A DNA stretch of 64,000 bases from positions 102,537 to 166,536 of IMG/VR virus record IMGVR_UViG_3300032294_002612, one strand, 5' to 3'. Origin of the DNA: a virus. The number at the start of each line of letters is the position of its first letter. Positions within the stretch are counted from its first letter, which is position 1. Shown here one piece after another: positions 51,230-60,700 of the stretch. The notes under the pieces were generated by a model. The model did not search any database. It saw only the letters and a list, made by a program, of their open reading frames with translations, and was not told the origin of the DNA. A program made the translations under genes and the position numbers.

Positions 51230-51241
51230 ATTTTAATTATA

Positions 51242-51466
51242 TTATTTCTCTTTTAATTTAAAATCAAAATTATCTAATTCTTCTTCGATATTTCTATAAC
51301 AATTATTTCCATAATCAAGAACACGTTTTCTCATTCTTTGGAACTCATCATCATTAATTTTATCTTGACTTTTGAGATCTTCAAGGGCATATAAAAAACT
51401 TAAATATAGTTTTTTAACATCTCTGTAGACAAAACCTTTCACAAGATCGTTTAAATCAATATTCAT
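51242..51466 (-). CDS. Hypothetical protein
   Basis: 74 aa, AAAGG upstream. Confidence 0.7.
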   Translation of the reverse strand: MNIDLNDLVKGFVYRDVKKLYLSFLYALEDLKSQDKINDDEFQRMRKRVLDYGNNCYRNIEEELDNFDFKLKEK

Positions 51467-51494
51467 CCTTTACAAACCTTTTACCTAACATAGA

Positions 51495-51500
51495 TTACAC
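51495..51500 (-). promoter_or_regulatory. GTGTAA putative late promoter
   Basis: Directly after the terminator, 28 nt upstream of ATG(51466). Confidence 0.6.
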
Positions 51501-51505
51501 ATGAT

Positions 51506-51536
51506 AAAAAAAACGGGCACTCGAAAGTGCCCGTTT
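51506..51536 (-). terminator. Rho-independent terminator after the tail tube gene
   Basis: AAACGGGCACT-TTCG-AGTGCCCGTTT followed by a T run on the minus strand. Confidence 0.9.
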
Positions 51537-51559
51537 CTTAATTAAATAATTAATTAAAA

Positions 51560-52660
51560 TTATTTATGAGAACCAGAGATAAAGATACCTTTATCTGTAT
51601 CTTGAGGTCCGCTCAATTGAACTTCGTAAGAAGCTGTCATTGTAGCATTATCACCGATTGAGCTTGAGAAACTTTGAGATACAAGTTTGGCACCTTTGAA
51701 TACATATGCAAGAGCCGTATCTTTATCTGTTCCACAACCAGGTTCTTTCATCAAGATTGTAAAATCTTTTGCGGCCTCGCTGCAAAGAATATCAGCCAAG
51801 TTACCATCTTGTAAGTCGCCAACTTCAGCATTGACTTCAAGAGTCGCCGTAACTGGGAAATCAATTTCACGAGAGAACGCGAAACGATTACCTAATTTTT
51901 GAAGTGGAGTACGAGAAAGATCAAATGATAAAGTAAAATCTTGAACTTTTAAATCTACAGCGTCAAAACCAATCGTATCATTGCTAGCAAGACTGAAAAG
52001 AATATCCCCTGGCTGTAAAGCTGCTGGAATATTTACACCAGTAATTGAAGCAGCTCGTGGTAAACGATAGAATCGATTTGATAAATTAGTTCCATCAACT
52101 GGATTAATAGCTGGAATAATCGCATTACCAGTGACGTTTCCATATACGCGGACATTTAAGCCTTCAATTTCGATATCAGCTGTTGGAATTTCGCCAACTG
52201 CAGCGTTAACACTATAAGATGTTAAGAAACCATTACCAACACCAATTACGCCACTCTTTGCTCCTGCATAACCAGCAGCGTCATTACCTTCTTCTGCAAT
52301 TAATAGGTAATAGTTTTTTTCATCCGTTGCTTTTGTTAAAAGCCCAGAAATACAAGAACGCAGGTCTGTAGAAGCTGTTCCAGTCCCATAAACATTCAAT
52401 CCAAGATTTTCTTCGTTTTGACCATTTGTTAAGAAATAAGAAAAGCTTGCTGTAACATCTGGATTTTCAACTTCGATACGATCAATAGCGGCCAAGTTTC
52501 CGAACTGGTTCACATCTGTAAAATTACGAGTAAAATCTTCGTCAAAACTTTGTACGCGAGAAAGTTGTTTAATATCATTTGCACCTGTTTGCATGCCAGT
52601 TGCGCCAACTTGACTTGCATAAAGAGCTAATACTTGGTAAATTGTTCTATTTCTTGCCAT
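51560..52660 (-). CDS. Major tail (tube) protein
   Basis: MARNR.IYQ..LY, LSRVQS, VQDFTLSFDL.R..L..LG; own promoter motif and terminator. Confidence 0.75.
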   Translation of the reverse strand: MARNRTIYQVLALYASQVGATGMQTGANDIKQLSRVQSFDEDFTRNFTDVNQFGNLAAIDRIEVENPDVTASFSYFLTNGQNEENLGLNVYGTGTASTDLRSCISGLLTKATDEKNYYLLIAEEGNDAAGYAGAKSGVIGVGNGFLTSYSVNAAVGEIPTADIEIEGLNVRVYGNVTGNAIIPAINPVDGTNLSNRFYRLPRAASITGVNIPAALQPGDILFSLASNDTIGFDAVDLKVQDFTLSFDLSRTPLQKLGNRFAFSREIDFPVTATLEVNAEVGDLQDGNLADILCSEAAKDFTILMKEPGCGTDKDTALAYVFKGAKLVSQSFSSSIGDNATMTASYEVQLSGPQDTDKGIFISGSHK

Positions 52661-52668
52661 ACTTATAA

Positions 52669-52679
52669 TTACATTACAT
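52669..52679 (-). promoter_or_regulatory. Tandem ATGTAA putative late promoter
   Basis: ATGTAATGTAA, 8 nt upstream of ATG(52660). Confidence 0.5.
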
Positions 52680-52712
52680 TTTTATTAGAGACACTCTTAA
52701 AAAATTTAATTA

Positions 52713-53888
52713 TTAAATAATTTGATCAACGCTAGGTACTGGTAAATAAACACTATTAATTGTGTACCAAGTATTTACTAACCATGGATATAATACGTTC
52801 TCAGGACTCCAATAAATTGCGTCTAAAGCGTTTTCTGAAAAATCGAAAATATTCCATTGATTTTCAAACCATGCTATAAATAAATTTCCATCACCATTTT
52901 TATTATAATATGGCTTACCTTGAAATTCGGTAGTATAAACAAACGTTCCATTCAAGTTTGACCGTCCACCATTTTGCACATTTACACTAGAAAGTAATCC
53001 AGGAATTATTTCGGGAGGTTGTGGTTCTTGTTGATCATATATTCTAGGAGATCTTAAATCTGATAATTCGAAATCTACAATAGCAGCAACACATTTTTTA
53101 TTAATTTTTGCGTTGTCAATCTCATCTAATTTTGAAACAGTAACTCTATCAATATATACAAGACTATTTGATGGTTGATTTTTACATAGGGCGACATAAT
53201 TAAAATTGTTATTCCCTGGCTTAAAATCTCCAAAATAATTAAATGGAAAATCTTCAGAAGCAAATACTGGAAAAACCTTTCTAGCAGTATCGCTTAAAAT
53301 AGAAATAACACCATCTAAAGAAAAACTATTAGAGGCTAAAATTATACAACGCACCATTGTTTCAGTAGAATCTTCACCACCAAAAGCAAATGGAATGTTT
53401 TCTCCTCTACGATGTTTAATAAAAATACATGGATATGGCGTATCTAAGTATCCTAATCCACCAGTAACTTGAGTTACTTTAGGGGTAACATTATAAGCTT
53501 TTTCGAAAAGTAATTTTTCTTCACGTTCGTCTGTATAATATATATTATACTCTTTTAAACTATAATTTGCGGTAATATTATTAGAATTAATACCACTATT
53601 TAAAATTGCACGGCCTTTATTAAAATCAATACTCAAACCACTGACGCCACGATTAACACGATTGCCATTTATAAAAATTCCAGAAGGAATGTTTGCATTT
53701 GGCACGCTAACATCATAAACCCATTGACGAAAAGGTGAGCTATAAACAGAATTTGTTGGAAAATTTGGATCTGGTGAACTATATAGTTTTCCACTATAAT
53801 TTGTAAATGCTTCGCCACGAGTTAAAATTTCATGGTCTAACCACAAATAAAAACTTGACATTAAATTTGTAATATAAGTAGCTTTCAT
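52713..53888 (-). CDS. Putative tail terminator/completion protein with C-terminal accessory domain
   Basis: Position before the tail tube; YPCIFI..PFAFGG; Pro-rich linker followed by a Trp-rich domain. Confidence 0.55.
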   Translation of the reverse strand: MKATYITNLMSSFYLWLDHEILTRGEAFTNYSGKLYSSPDPNFPTNSVYSSPFRQWVYDVSVPNANIPSGIFINGNRVNRGVSGLSIDFNKGRAILNSGINSNNITANYSLKEYNIYYTDEREEKLLFEKAYNVTPKVTQVTGGLGYLDTPYPCIFIKHRRGENIPFAFGGEDSTETMVRCIILASNSFSLDGVISILSDTARKVFPVFASEDFPFNYFGDFKPGNNNFNYVALCKNQPSNSLVYIDRVTVSKLDEIDNAKINKKCVAAIVDFELSDLRSPRIYDQQEPQPPEIIPGLLSSVNVQNGGRSNLNGTFVYTTEFQGKPYYNKNGDGNLFIAWFENQWNIFDFSENALDAIYWSPENVLYPWLVNTWYTINSVYLPVPSVDQII

Positions 53889-54466
53889 TATTTGACTCCT
53901 AATCTTCTAAGAAATTTAGAATACATCTCACTAAAGTATTTTACATTTTGAAACCTACGATTCGTATAATTATATTTACTTTGGATACCCGTCCCAGAGC
54001 GAGAGCTTTTAAATCGTCCATACAAATAAGCCCCTAAACCCGAAATTCCACGTTCGATATCTAATAACCAACTACGCCCACCCTCCCACGGCATTCGACT
54101 AACTGCGGCGAAATCTTCTTTTGATGGTATATTAACTTTAAATTTAAAAATATTACCGCTGCTTTGAACATTACGATCTAATGCAATTTTTTGAATTAAA
54201 GTTTTGACTGGAGCTGTTGGATTCGCCCCACTATTAAAACCTAAAAAAGAAAATAAATTACCATAACCGCCAAGAGTTCCAGAATTATTAGAAGCCGTTT
54301 CTCCGCCATCTAATTCCTGAGTGACAGGATGAGATTCAAAATCTGCACGAAATAATGCTTTTTCTTTTTCTACTTCTTTTTCAACAATATCACGAACCAT
54401 TTTTTTTACCGTACGATTAGTGAAAATCACTTTCTCGATAGCTTTTTTATTAATTCTTCCACCCAT
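53888..54466 (-). CDS. Putative neck/tail completion protein
   Basis: Synteny within the head-tail joining block; basic. Confidence 0.5.
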   Translation of the reverse strand: MGGRINKKAIEKVIFTNRTVKKMVRDIVEKEVEKEKALFRADFESHPVTQELDGGETASNNSGTLGGYGNLFSFLGFNSGANPTAPVKTLIQKIALDRNVQSSGNIFKFKVNIPSKEDFAAVSRMPWEGGRSWLLDIERGISGLGAYLYGRFKSSRSGTGIQSKYNYTNRRFQNVKYFSEMYSKFLRRLGVK

Positions 54467-54897
54467 TACTCGCTCTCCTTAAAAAATAATGTATAGAAAT
54501 CTATATTAAAAAGTCCATGTGGTCGATTTGTTCCAAGTGCTTGTACTGGGCGACCATCAATTTCAATTTTTTCTGCATCACTAATAAAATCAACAAAATC
54601 TTTTTTCGCTTTAATTCTACAAATGTTACCACGAATTTCTTCACGAATTTCGGGAAACCCCATCATCTTAGATGGATCTTGCCATTGAATACGGCAATCA
54701 AAAGTACCACTAATTGGAATATATGTTACTTCTATAGATTCTTGATCATTATATAAAAAATTATAATTTGGATCACTCGAAACAACTACACGTTCTGGAG
54801 TTTTCCAGGCAATAACGGGTCTAGCGAACGTATCATGAATATTATTAAATTCATTTGCATATACTAACTTATCACTGTCTGAAACTAAACTCGGCAT
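54466..54897 (-). CDS. Putative head closure protein
   Basis: Synteny; IEIDG beta-rich pattern. Confidence 0.5.
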   Translation of the reverse strand: MPSLVSDSDKLVYANEFNNIHDTFARPVIAWKTPERVVVSSDPNYNFLYNDQESIEVTYIPISGTFDCRIQWQDPSKMMGFPEIREEIRGNICRIKAKKDFVDFISDAEKIEIDGRPVQALGTNRPHGLFNIDFYTLFFKESE

Positions 54898-54898
54898 A

Positions 54899-55432
54899 TT
54901 AATTTAATGTTCTTTGGTATTCTTGAATTATATAATGTGATACGCCTTCTGTGTCATCTCCGACAACTTGGTCTGGAATAGCATTATATTTAAGATACAT
55001 TTTAACAGCTTTATCTAATTCTGCTTTACAATCTTGAGCAAGTCCTCTAAAGTTTTTAGAAATTTCGTTTTTATTAATTTTGGTAATAGCGCTATCACCC
55101 TCTCTTAAACTTGTCCAATCATTTCCAATTGTCATTGCGCTAGATGCGGCATTTCTAGCTTCATTTTTAAAATATTCACAATCGAATATCATTTTATAAA
55201 TTGAGTATTGGTCAGAAGATGGTTCTGGTAATAAACCATAACCAGTAATAACCCCAGATGAATCTTGAAAACAAACCCCAGAAATCTGTACGCCAATTAA
55301 ATTGTTTAATTTTCCAGCATTGGCATTATCTAAAAACCATCCAGACAAACGACTTATAGGGTAAGAAGACGGACTTCCTAAATCATTATAAACGTTATTT
55401 ACAAACTGAGAAAAAGAGTATGTGCAATTCAC
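54899..55432 (-). CDS. Putative head-tail adaptor
   Basis: Synteny; helical, LREGDSAI motif; GTG start. Confidence 0.5.
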   Translation of the reverse strand: MNCTYSFSQFVNNVYNDLGSPSSYPISRLSGWFLDNANAGKLNNLIGVQISGVCFQDSSGVITGYGLLPEPSSDQYSIYKMIFDCEYFKNEARNAASSAMTIGNDWTSLREGDSAITKINKNEISKNFRGLAQDCKAELDKAVKMYLKYNAIPDQVVGDDTEGVSHYIIQEYQRTLN

Positions 55433-55440
55433 ATCTTATT

Positions 55441-55446
55441 TTACAC
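55441..55446 (-). promoter_or_regulatory. GTGTAA putative late promoter
   Basis: 8 nt upstream of GTG(55432). Confidence 0.55.
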
Positions 55447-55451
55447 AAAAA

Positions 55452-55829
55452 TTAGGCACCTTCTCTTAAGATCTTTTTAGCTTTAGCATCTAAATCATCA
55501 ACGGATTTAACTTGGCCAGTAGCGACATTACTACCATATCTTGAATTCCATTTAACGAATTCTTGGGCTAAACGATCTGTAAGAACTTTTCTATCTGGCG
55601 TGGGGACTAGCCCAATCTTATATGCATGCGCTTGCAAATCGGTCATATTCATTTCAGCTAATTGTCCACGATATTCTTCTGAGCTATTAGCTGTGTATAT
55701 CGAAAGAGTTTCTCCCAAAATTTCATCTAAAGAAGAGGGTGGTTTTTGATTTTTCTCTTCTTTTCCGTGCACTTGTAACATTTCTTTTTTTGAAGGGCGA
55801 CCTCTTTTCTTTTTAGGTTGAGTATTCAT
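55452..55829 (-). CDS. Small protein with AT-hook-like motif and Rho-N/SAP-like helical domain
   Basis: KKKRGRPSKK; LAEMNMTDLQAHAYKIGL..RKVL. Confidence 0.6.
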   Translation of the reverse strand: MNTQPKKKRGRPSKKEMLQVHGKEEKNQKPPSSLDEILGETLSIYTANSSEEYRGQLAEMNMTDLQAHAYKIGLVPTPDRKVLTDRLAQEFVKWNSRYGSNVATGQVKSVDDLDAKAKKILREGA

Positions 55830-55836
55830 CTTAAAT

Positions 55837-55865
55837 ATTATATTATTTTATATAATAATAATCTA
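55837..55865 (-). promoter_or_regulatory. sigma70-like promoter, leaderless
   Basis: TAGATT-17nt-TATAAT-7nt-ATG(55829). Confidence 0.45.
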
Positions 55866-55873
55866 ATTTTTAT

Positions 55874-55900
55874 AAAAAAAGAGCCACCCTTTCGGGTGGC
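55874..55900 (-). terminator. Rho-independent terminator after the major capsid gene
   Basis: GCCACCC-GAAA-GGGTGGC-TC-TTTTTTT on the minus strand. Confidence 0.9.
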
Positions 55901-55926
55901 CCTTAATTTTTAAACTATTTGTTTAA

Positions 55927-57051
55927 TTATACAATTAAACCAACAGCTGCACGAGCGTCAACAGCTACGCGGCCTTCTTCTACATAACTGTAGAAACCAA
56001 CTTTTTGGCTACGAGCCAAGAATTGATCGTCAGGAAGAACCTTGACTTGACCACGGCCTTCGCTTTGAATTGCGACTGGGCGCAAGAAAGCGTTACGGCT
56101 TGCATCAATACCGAGAATTAACTCATCGGTTGCGCTTGTGAATGTTGTTCCACCAGCGGCTCCATAAGTATTGAATTGTGTGGTACCTGCAAAGGTATCA
56201 AACAAGTCATTATATTTACGGCCTTCACCGAGTTCAAGCAATTCATGAATTGTTACGCCGAAGATTTCGTTCGTACCAGCAGCACGATAGATTTCTTCAC
56301 GAACGCTGTCAGGAAGAGCTACCGAGGTAGCACCACTTGTAGTAACAGCGCCTGAGCGTGTGTTCATTGGCTGATAAGCAAATGCACGAATTTGTTCTTT
56401 GACTTCTGGGCTTACGAAGATGTCGGTCAAACCACGGCTCTGAAGAGCTTGTGGTGTACCGCCTGTGTAAGCAGCATTGAGTCTACGGACTAAAGTCCAA
56501 AGCTTGTTCATATCATCGAGTTGGAAAGTTCCAGCAGTACCGACACGGAAAACGTGTTTGGTGCTGTTTGTGGAAGCTTCCGCCAAGAGTTTGAGAATAA
56601 CAGCCCAAGCATTACGTTCTTGTTTAACAAGAATTTCATTGGCCATACGTTCTAAACCAGCGGCTACAACGTCGAGACGGGCTCTACGAACATAACGCTT
56701 ATCCATACTGATTGCGCTGTCAAGACGATAGGTATTAACCTTCATTTCTTGCATGCCTTGGACAAAGTTTGTAGGAAGTCCGCCACCAACAGTTTGTGAC
56801 CAAACGCTGATGTGACCTTCGTTAAGACCATAGTATAAGTCGAGAGGAATCGAAGGAGAATCGTCTTCGTCAAATTCTACGTCACGATAAATCATTGAAG
56901 CTGTACCAGCTTGTAAAAGAACTTGCTGAACGACATCGCTGATGAATGCTGCAAAAGCTTCTTGGGCTTCTACGGCAACTGTTTTGTTATCTGACGCAAG
57001 AGCTTTGATAAGCTCGATTTGCTCAGGATTTTTATCGAATTGAATTTTCAT
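55927..57051 (-). CDS. Major capsid protein (putative HK97 fold)
   Basis: 374 aa, after scaffold and decoration genes, followed by a terminator; visibly GC-richer codon use; C-terminal VGFY..EEG..VD.RA. Confidence 0.8.
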   Translation of the reverse strand: MKIQFDKNPEQIELIKALASDNKTVAVEAQEAFAAFISDVVQQVLLQAGTASMIYRDVEFDEDDSPSIPLDLYYGLNEGHISVWSQTVGGGLPTNFVQGMQEMKVNTYRLDSAISMDKRYVRRARLDVVAAGLERMANEILVKQERNAWAVILKLLAEASTNSTKHVFRVGTAGTFQLDDMNKLWTLVRRLNAAYTGGTPQALQSRGLTDIFVSPEVKEQIRAFAYQPMNTRSGAVTTSGATSVALPDSVREEIYRAAGTNEIFGVTIHELLELGEGRKYNDLFDTFAGTTQFNTYGAAGGTTFTSATDELILGIDASRNAFLRPVAIQSEGRGQVKVLPDDQFLARSQKVGFYSYVEEGRVAVDARAAVGLIV

Positions 57052-57075
57052 ATTTTTATAATTTTTTCTAATTGA

Positions 57076-57612
57076 TTAGAGTTCTACCTTGAGTAAAGCA
57101 TATCCTTCGTCGTTTTTAGGTCCGAGGAATTTACCAACTGTTGCGCTGCCATAGGCAACTACTTTAAGGTCTCCACCACCAGCATCGGAAACAGCGGCGC
57201 CGCTACCGAACCCTGGGTTGCCAACAATACCGTTAACAAGAACAAGACCCTTCGTAAGAATGGGGCATGCTTGACCACTGATGATGACATCCATCTCAGC
57301 TGCCTTGCGGGGGTTGAATTTTAATTGTTCACCGTTCTCATCGGATTGACGAACATCTTTCAAGAGAAGTCCAACGATTTGGCCTTTAGCAGCGCCAGAA
57401 GCGGCTGGGCTAACAGTCCAAGGAACATTGAATTCTGCGGAAAGAGTATTGCCAAATGGCGAGAGGTTGTCCAAAGCGAGAGCATCTTTCAAATTAACTC
57501 CAACGCTATCAGCTGTTACAACAGTACCTTTATTGGCAGTTGCGGCATTGACGGCGAAGAGGTTAATTACATCGTGCTCATCGTAATCTCTAAATGGTTT
57601 TAAATTTGCCAT
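57076..57612 (-). CDS. Capsid decoration/cement protein
   Basis: 178 aa, Gly/Ala-rich, between scaffold and MCP; GQACPILTKG, VGKFLG. Confidence 0.65.
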   Translation of the reverse strand: MANLKPFRDYDEHDVINLFAVNAATANKGTVVTADSVGVNLKDALALDNLSPFGNTLSAEFNVPWTVSPAASGAAKGQIVGLLLKDVRQSDENGEQLKFNPRKAAEMDVIISGQACPILTKGLVLVNGIVGNPGFGSGAAVSDAGGGDLKVVAYGSATVGKFLGPKNDEGYALLKVEL

Positions 57613-57633
57613 AATATTTTATCTTTCTTTTTT

Positions 57634-59484
57634 TTATTTAATTTTTACGCTGTTTTTATTGAAAGCCGCACCGATTTTTTCAACCAGTGAAACTTCTTGA
57701 GGAGAGGAAGCGTTTGGAAGGACTTCTTCCGTTACCTCTGCACTCGAAATTACTTCTTCTACAGTTTTTTCTTCGCTAGCTAAGACTTCAGAAGCTTTTT
57801 CTTCTTTCATTTCTTCTTTTTTCATTTCGGCTTCTTTTTTGTATTCAGCTTTCATAGCTTTTTTCTTAGCGGCAGCGAATGTAGAAAACTTCTTATACCA
57901 TTTTTCGAATTGTTCATCGTTTTCAATGGTGTTTAAATCTTCTGCGATGATACTACGATCTTCATCAGTAAGATCGAACTCTTCATCAAGCAAGGCCATT
58001 CTGCGTTGAAAATTAGCTTCAATTTCTTTGGCTTTGAGATCTTCTTGAATTTTTGTGAACTCTTCTTTTACTTTTTCACTGTCAGCCTTGATTGATTCGA
58101 GATCAATCTTTAATGCAGCAATTTGATCTTCTGCGGCTTGGAGTGCTGTTTCTTTTTCTTCAACTTTCGATTGCCATTCTTTTGCAAGGTCTGCAATACG
58201 ATTCGAAATAAATTCACGAACTTGGCTTGCAGCAATTTCCTTAATGGAATCTTCCGTAATATCATCAATATTATTTAATTGCATATTATTTTTTACATTA
58301 TTATTTTCTTCTTGGACACTTTTTTTATTCATTTTAATTTCAGATGATTCTAATTCATTTTCTTCTTTATCTTCCATTTCATCTTCTTTTTCCATTTTTA
58401 TATAATTTTCTGCTTCTTCTTTTGTAGAAAAGCATTTATCTAATTCTCCATCTTCAAGGATAGCAAATCCATTACATCCTTCTACACCTTCTTTAACTTC
58501 ATACATAGAAGCTTTGGATTCTTTTTCTACTTGTGGTTTATCATAAGAAATAACAACGCCACTAACTTCGGCGGCTGGAGTATTAGTAAAACCGATACCC
58601 AAAGGAAGAACATTTCCTTGAAGATTTAAAAGAACTATCTCGCCATCTTCTGTATAACCATTACCACCAAAAACCTTGAGACGATCTTTTAATTCTACGA
58701 TCTCCTCTTCTTTTTCTACAATAGTTGCATCAGCTAAATTTTTATTTCCTTTAGCTACATTAAATTCATTAAATCCAAGCTCCCAACTTGCGCTAACCGA
58801 AAGATATTTATTAGAAGATGGGTCACTACTTTCTACAAGCTCGGAGGCAAAATCTGGATTTACAATTTTCCATACATATCCAGAAAGGACAACGTTAAAA
58901 GGATCTTTCATCGCTTTAACCTCTTCTAAAGTCAAAGGCTTACTACTCCCGAATTCACTAAATCCATAACCAGTACAAACCCCGACAACGACTTTACGGT
59001 TATGTTCAATATTAAAAGGCTTATTAATAAAATTTTCAACCATTGCTAGTGCAACGTCCGTGCTAATAATGTGTCCATTTTTATTTCCGCGATTAACAAC
59101 GAAGGCATCAAAAGCAACGCCCATCAAATCACGGTTAACATCAAGATCAACATTCTTAGGAAGATATTCTTTTAATTGGTCAACAGATGCTACTGCTAAA
59201 TATTTATCTTCATCAGATGAAACCATCGCTTGTACAATAATACCATCAAAACGAATCGAGTATTTAAAATCTTTCATTTTATCCATTTGTAAATTTACAC
59301 TTTGTTCTTCTAATAGGGCAACATTTTTGAGTTTATTGCTAATAACAATTTTATTATTTTCAAATTTATCTAGCTCCATCGCGCACAAAGAGATAGGGCG
59401 CGAGAAAGAAAAAAGTAAATCGGACAAGTCAAACCCAGTTAAGGGGTCAACATTTTTTACTGGCTCATCTTCGTAAGTCGGCAT
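57634..59484 (-). CDS. Prohead protease-scaffold fusion
   Basis: NKNGH, F.NKP.NIEH..VVG, SASWE protease-like core; acidic coiled-coil C-terminal half. Confidence 0.75.
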   Translation of the reverse strand: MPTYEDEPVKNVDPLTGFDLSDLLFSFSRPISLCAMELDKFENNKIVISNKLKNVALLEEQSVNLQMDKMKDFKYSIRFDGIIVQAMVSSDEDKYLAVASVDQLKEYLPKNVDLDVNRDLMGVAFDAFVVNRGNKNGHIISTDVALAMVENFINKPFNIEHNRKVVVGVCTGYGFSEFGSSKPLTLEEVKAMKDPFNVVLSGYVWKIVNPDFASELVESSDPSSNKYLSVSASWELGFNEFNVAKGNKNLADATIVEKEEEIVELKDRLKVFGGNGYTEDGEIVLLNLQGNVLPLGIGFTNTPAAEVSGVVISYDKPQVEKESKASMYEVKEGVEGCNGFAILEDGELDKCFSTKEEAENYIKMEKEDEMEDKEENELESSEIKMNKKSVQEENNNVKNNMQLNNIDDITEDSIKEIAASQVREFISNRIADLAKEWQSKVEEKETALQAAEDQIAALKIDLESIKADSEKVKEEFTKIQEDLKAKEIEANFQRRMALLDEEFDLTDEDRSIIAEDLNTIENDEQFEKWYKKFSTFAAAKKKAMKAEYKKEAEMKKEEMKEEKASEVLASEEKTVEEVISSAEVTEEVLPNASSPQEVSLVEKIGAAFNKNSVKIK

Positions 59485-59502
59485 TTTGTTATTATAAATA
59501 TA

Positions 59503-59508
59503 TTACAC
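59503..59508 (-). promoter_or_regulatory. GTGTAA putative late promoter
   Basis: 18 nt upstream of ATG(59484). Confidence 0.55.
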
Positions 59509-59525
59509 TAATTTTTATAATTTTA

Positions 59526-60221
59526 TTATAAATAAGCTGCTTGAAAATGCATCCAATCAAAATTACGTTCTTTTCCTAGGCTCGTCCAACCTTCTGATTC
59601 TACAATTTTCCAAAAATCATTATATTCAGAACGACTTAATGTTGCTTTAGGCTTCGACCATTTTAATTGATTATTATCTGGATCAAGATCTATTGCAGCG
59701 CCCCAACTATGTATTGACCATGATGATCCTCCGCGCATACGACGAACATTTAAACAGCCGCCAAATAAGTCTAATTTTAAACGAGAAATTTCTTTTTCCC
59801 CATATATTTTTAAAGTATTCTCAAAAATTATATAAAGTGATTTTGCAACTTTTTCATGGCAAGTAATTTTAGTTAAAGTTGTAGATGGCGCCCAAGCTAA
59901 TTTTAATCTATAAGGAACTTCTAGTTTTGTTTGATTCTCCCCAACTGGCCCATAAAAGTTAACCATACTATTATAATCTTGTTTTGGCCAGCGTTGCGAA
60001 AGAGGGGTATTATTTGAAATTGTTGTTACGAATTTCCAAGTTTTTGGACCTACAACCCCATCTGGTTTTAAACCATTTTTAACTTGAAATTTTATAGTCT
60101 CCCGTTCAGTTGCTGGACCAAAAGCCCCGTCAACATAAGGAATTTTATAACCAGCGCTCTGCAAAAACAATTGCCATTGTTTTACTTCTTCACTCACATC
60201 TCCTTTTTGTAAAACTTTCAT
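59526..60221 (-). CDS. Endolysin: peptidoglycan-binding domain + M15-family peptidase
   Basis: DGAFGPATE..FQ..GL.PDGVVGPKTW; SIHSWGAAID; DWMH. Confidence 0.9.
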   Translation of the reverse strand: MKVLQKGDVSEEVKQWQLFLQSAGYKIPYVDGAFGPATERETIKFQVKNGLKPDGVVGPKTWKFVTTISNNTPLSQRWPKQDYNSMVNFYGPVGENQTKLEVPYRLKLAWAPSTTLTKITCHEKVAKSLYIIFENTLKIYGEKEISRLKLDLFGGCLNVRRMRGGSSWSIHSWGAAIDLDPDNNQLKWSKPKATLSRSEYNDFWKIVESEGWTSLGKERNFDWMHFQAAYL

Positions 60222-60222
60222 A

Positions 60223-60699
60223 TTATTCCTGTTCTTGATTAAACACCCAATCTATTGGGGCATATGATGGATCATTTTTATATTTTTCCGCATAAACAAT
60301 TGTTTGTTCTTGAATTATTTTTTCTTCACGTTGTTCAGATGTTAACACGGAATCTAAATTTGTATTAGAAGTACTTCCATATTTAAAATCAATTGTGGCT
60401 TGAGTTCCAATATATACGGCGACAATAATTGCAATGATTTCTATCGTTTTTGTAAAAATAGTTACATATCCAGCAATTAATTCGTTCTTCGTTGGTAATA
60501 AAAATAAAATACTAACAGATAATAAATAAAACGCCAAAAGACCAATAAAAGAAGAGAATGCTAAAAAGAATTTTTTAGATTTAAAATGATTTTCATTTCT
60601 TAAGGCTGGTTGTAATTCGAATGGCGTTCCAGGCGGAACTTTATTTGAACTTAGAAAAGCCGCCGCATTACTAGCAATATTTTTTACATTCTCCCACAT
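60223..60699 (-). CDS. Putative holin (2 TM)
   Basis: SKKFFLA then two hydrophobic helices ending YIGTQA..D; adjacent to endolysin; likely start MWENV at 60699. Confidence 0.6.
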   Translation of the reverse strand: MWENVKNIASNAAAFLSSNKVPPGTPFELQPALRNENHFKSKKFFLAFSSFIGLLAFYLLSVSILFLLPTKNELIAGYVTIFTKTIEIIAIIVAVYIGTQATIDFKYGSTSNTNLDSVLTSEQREEKIIQEQTIVYAEKYKNDPSYAPIDWVFNQEQE

Positions 60700-60700
60700 A

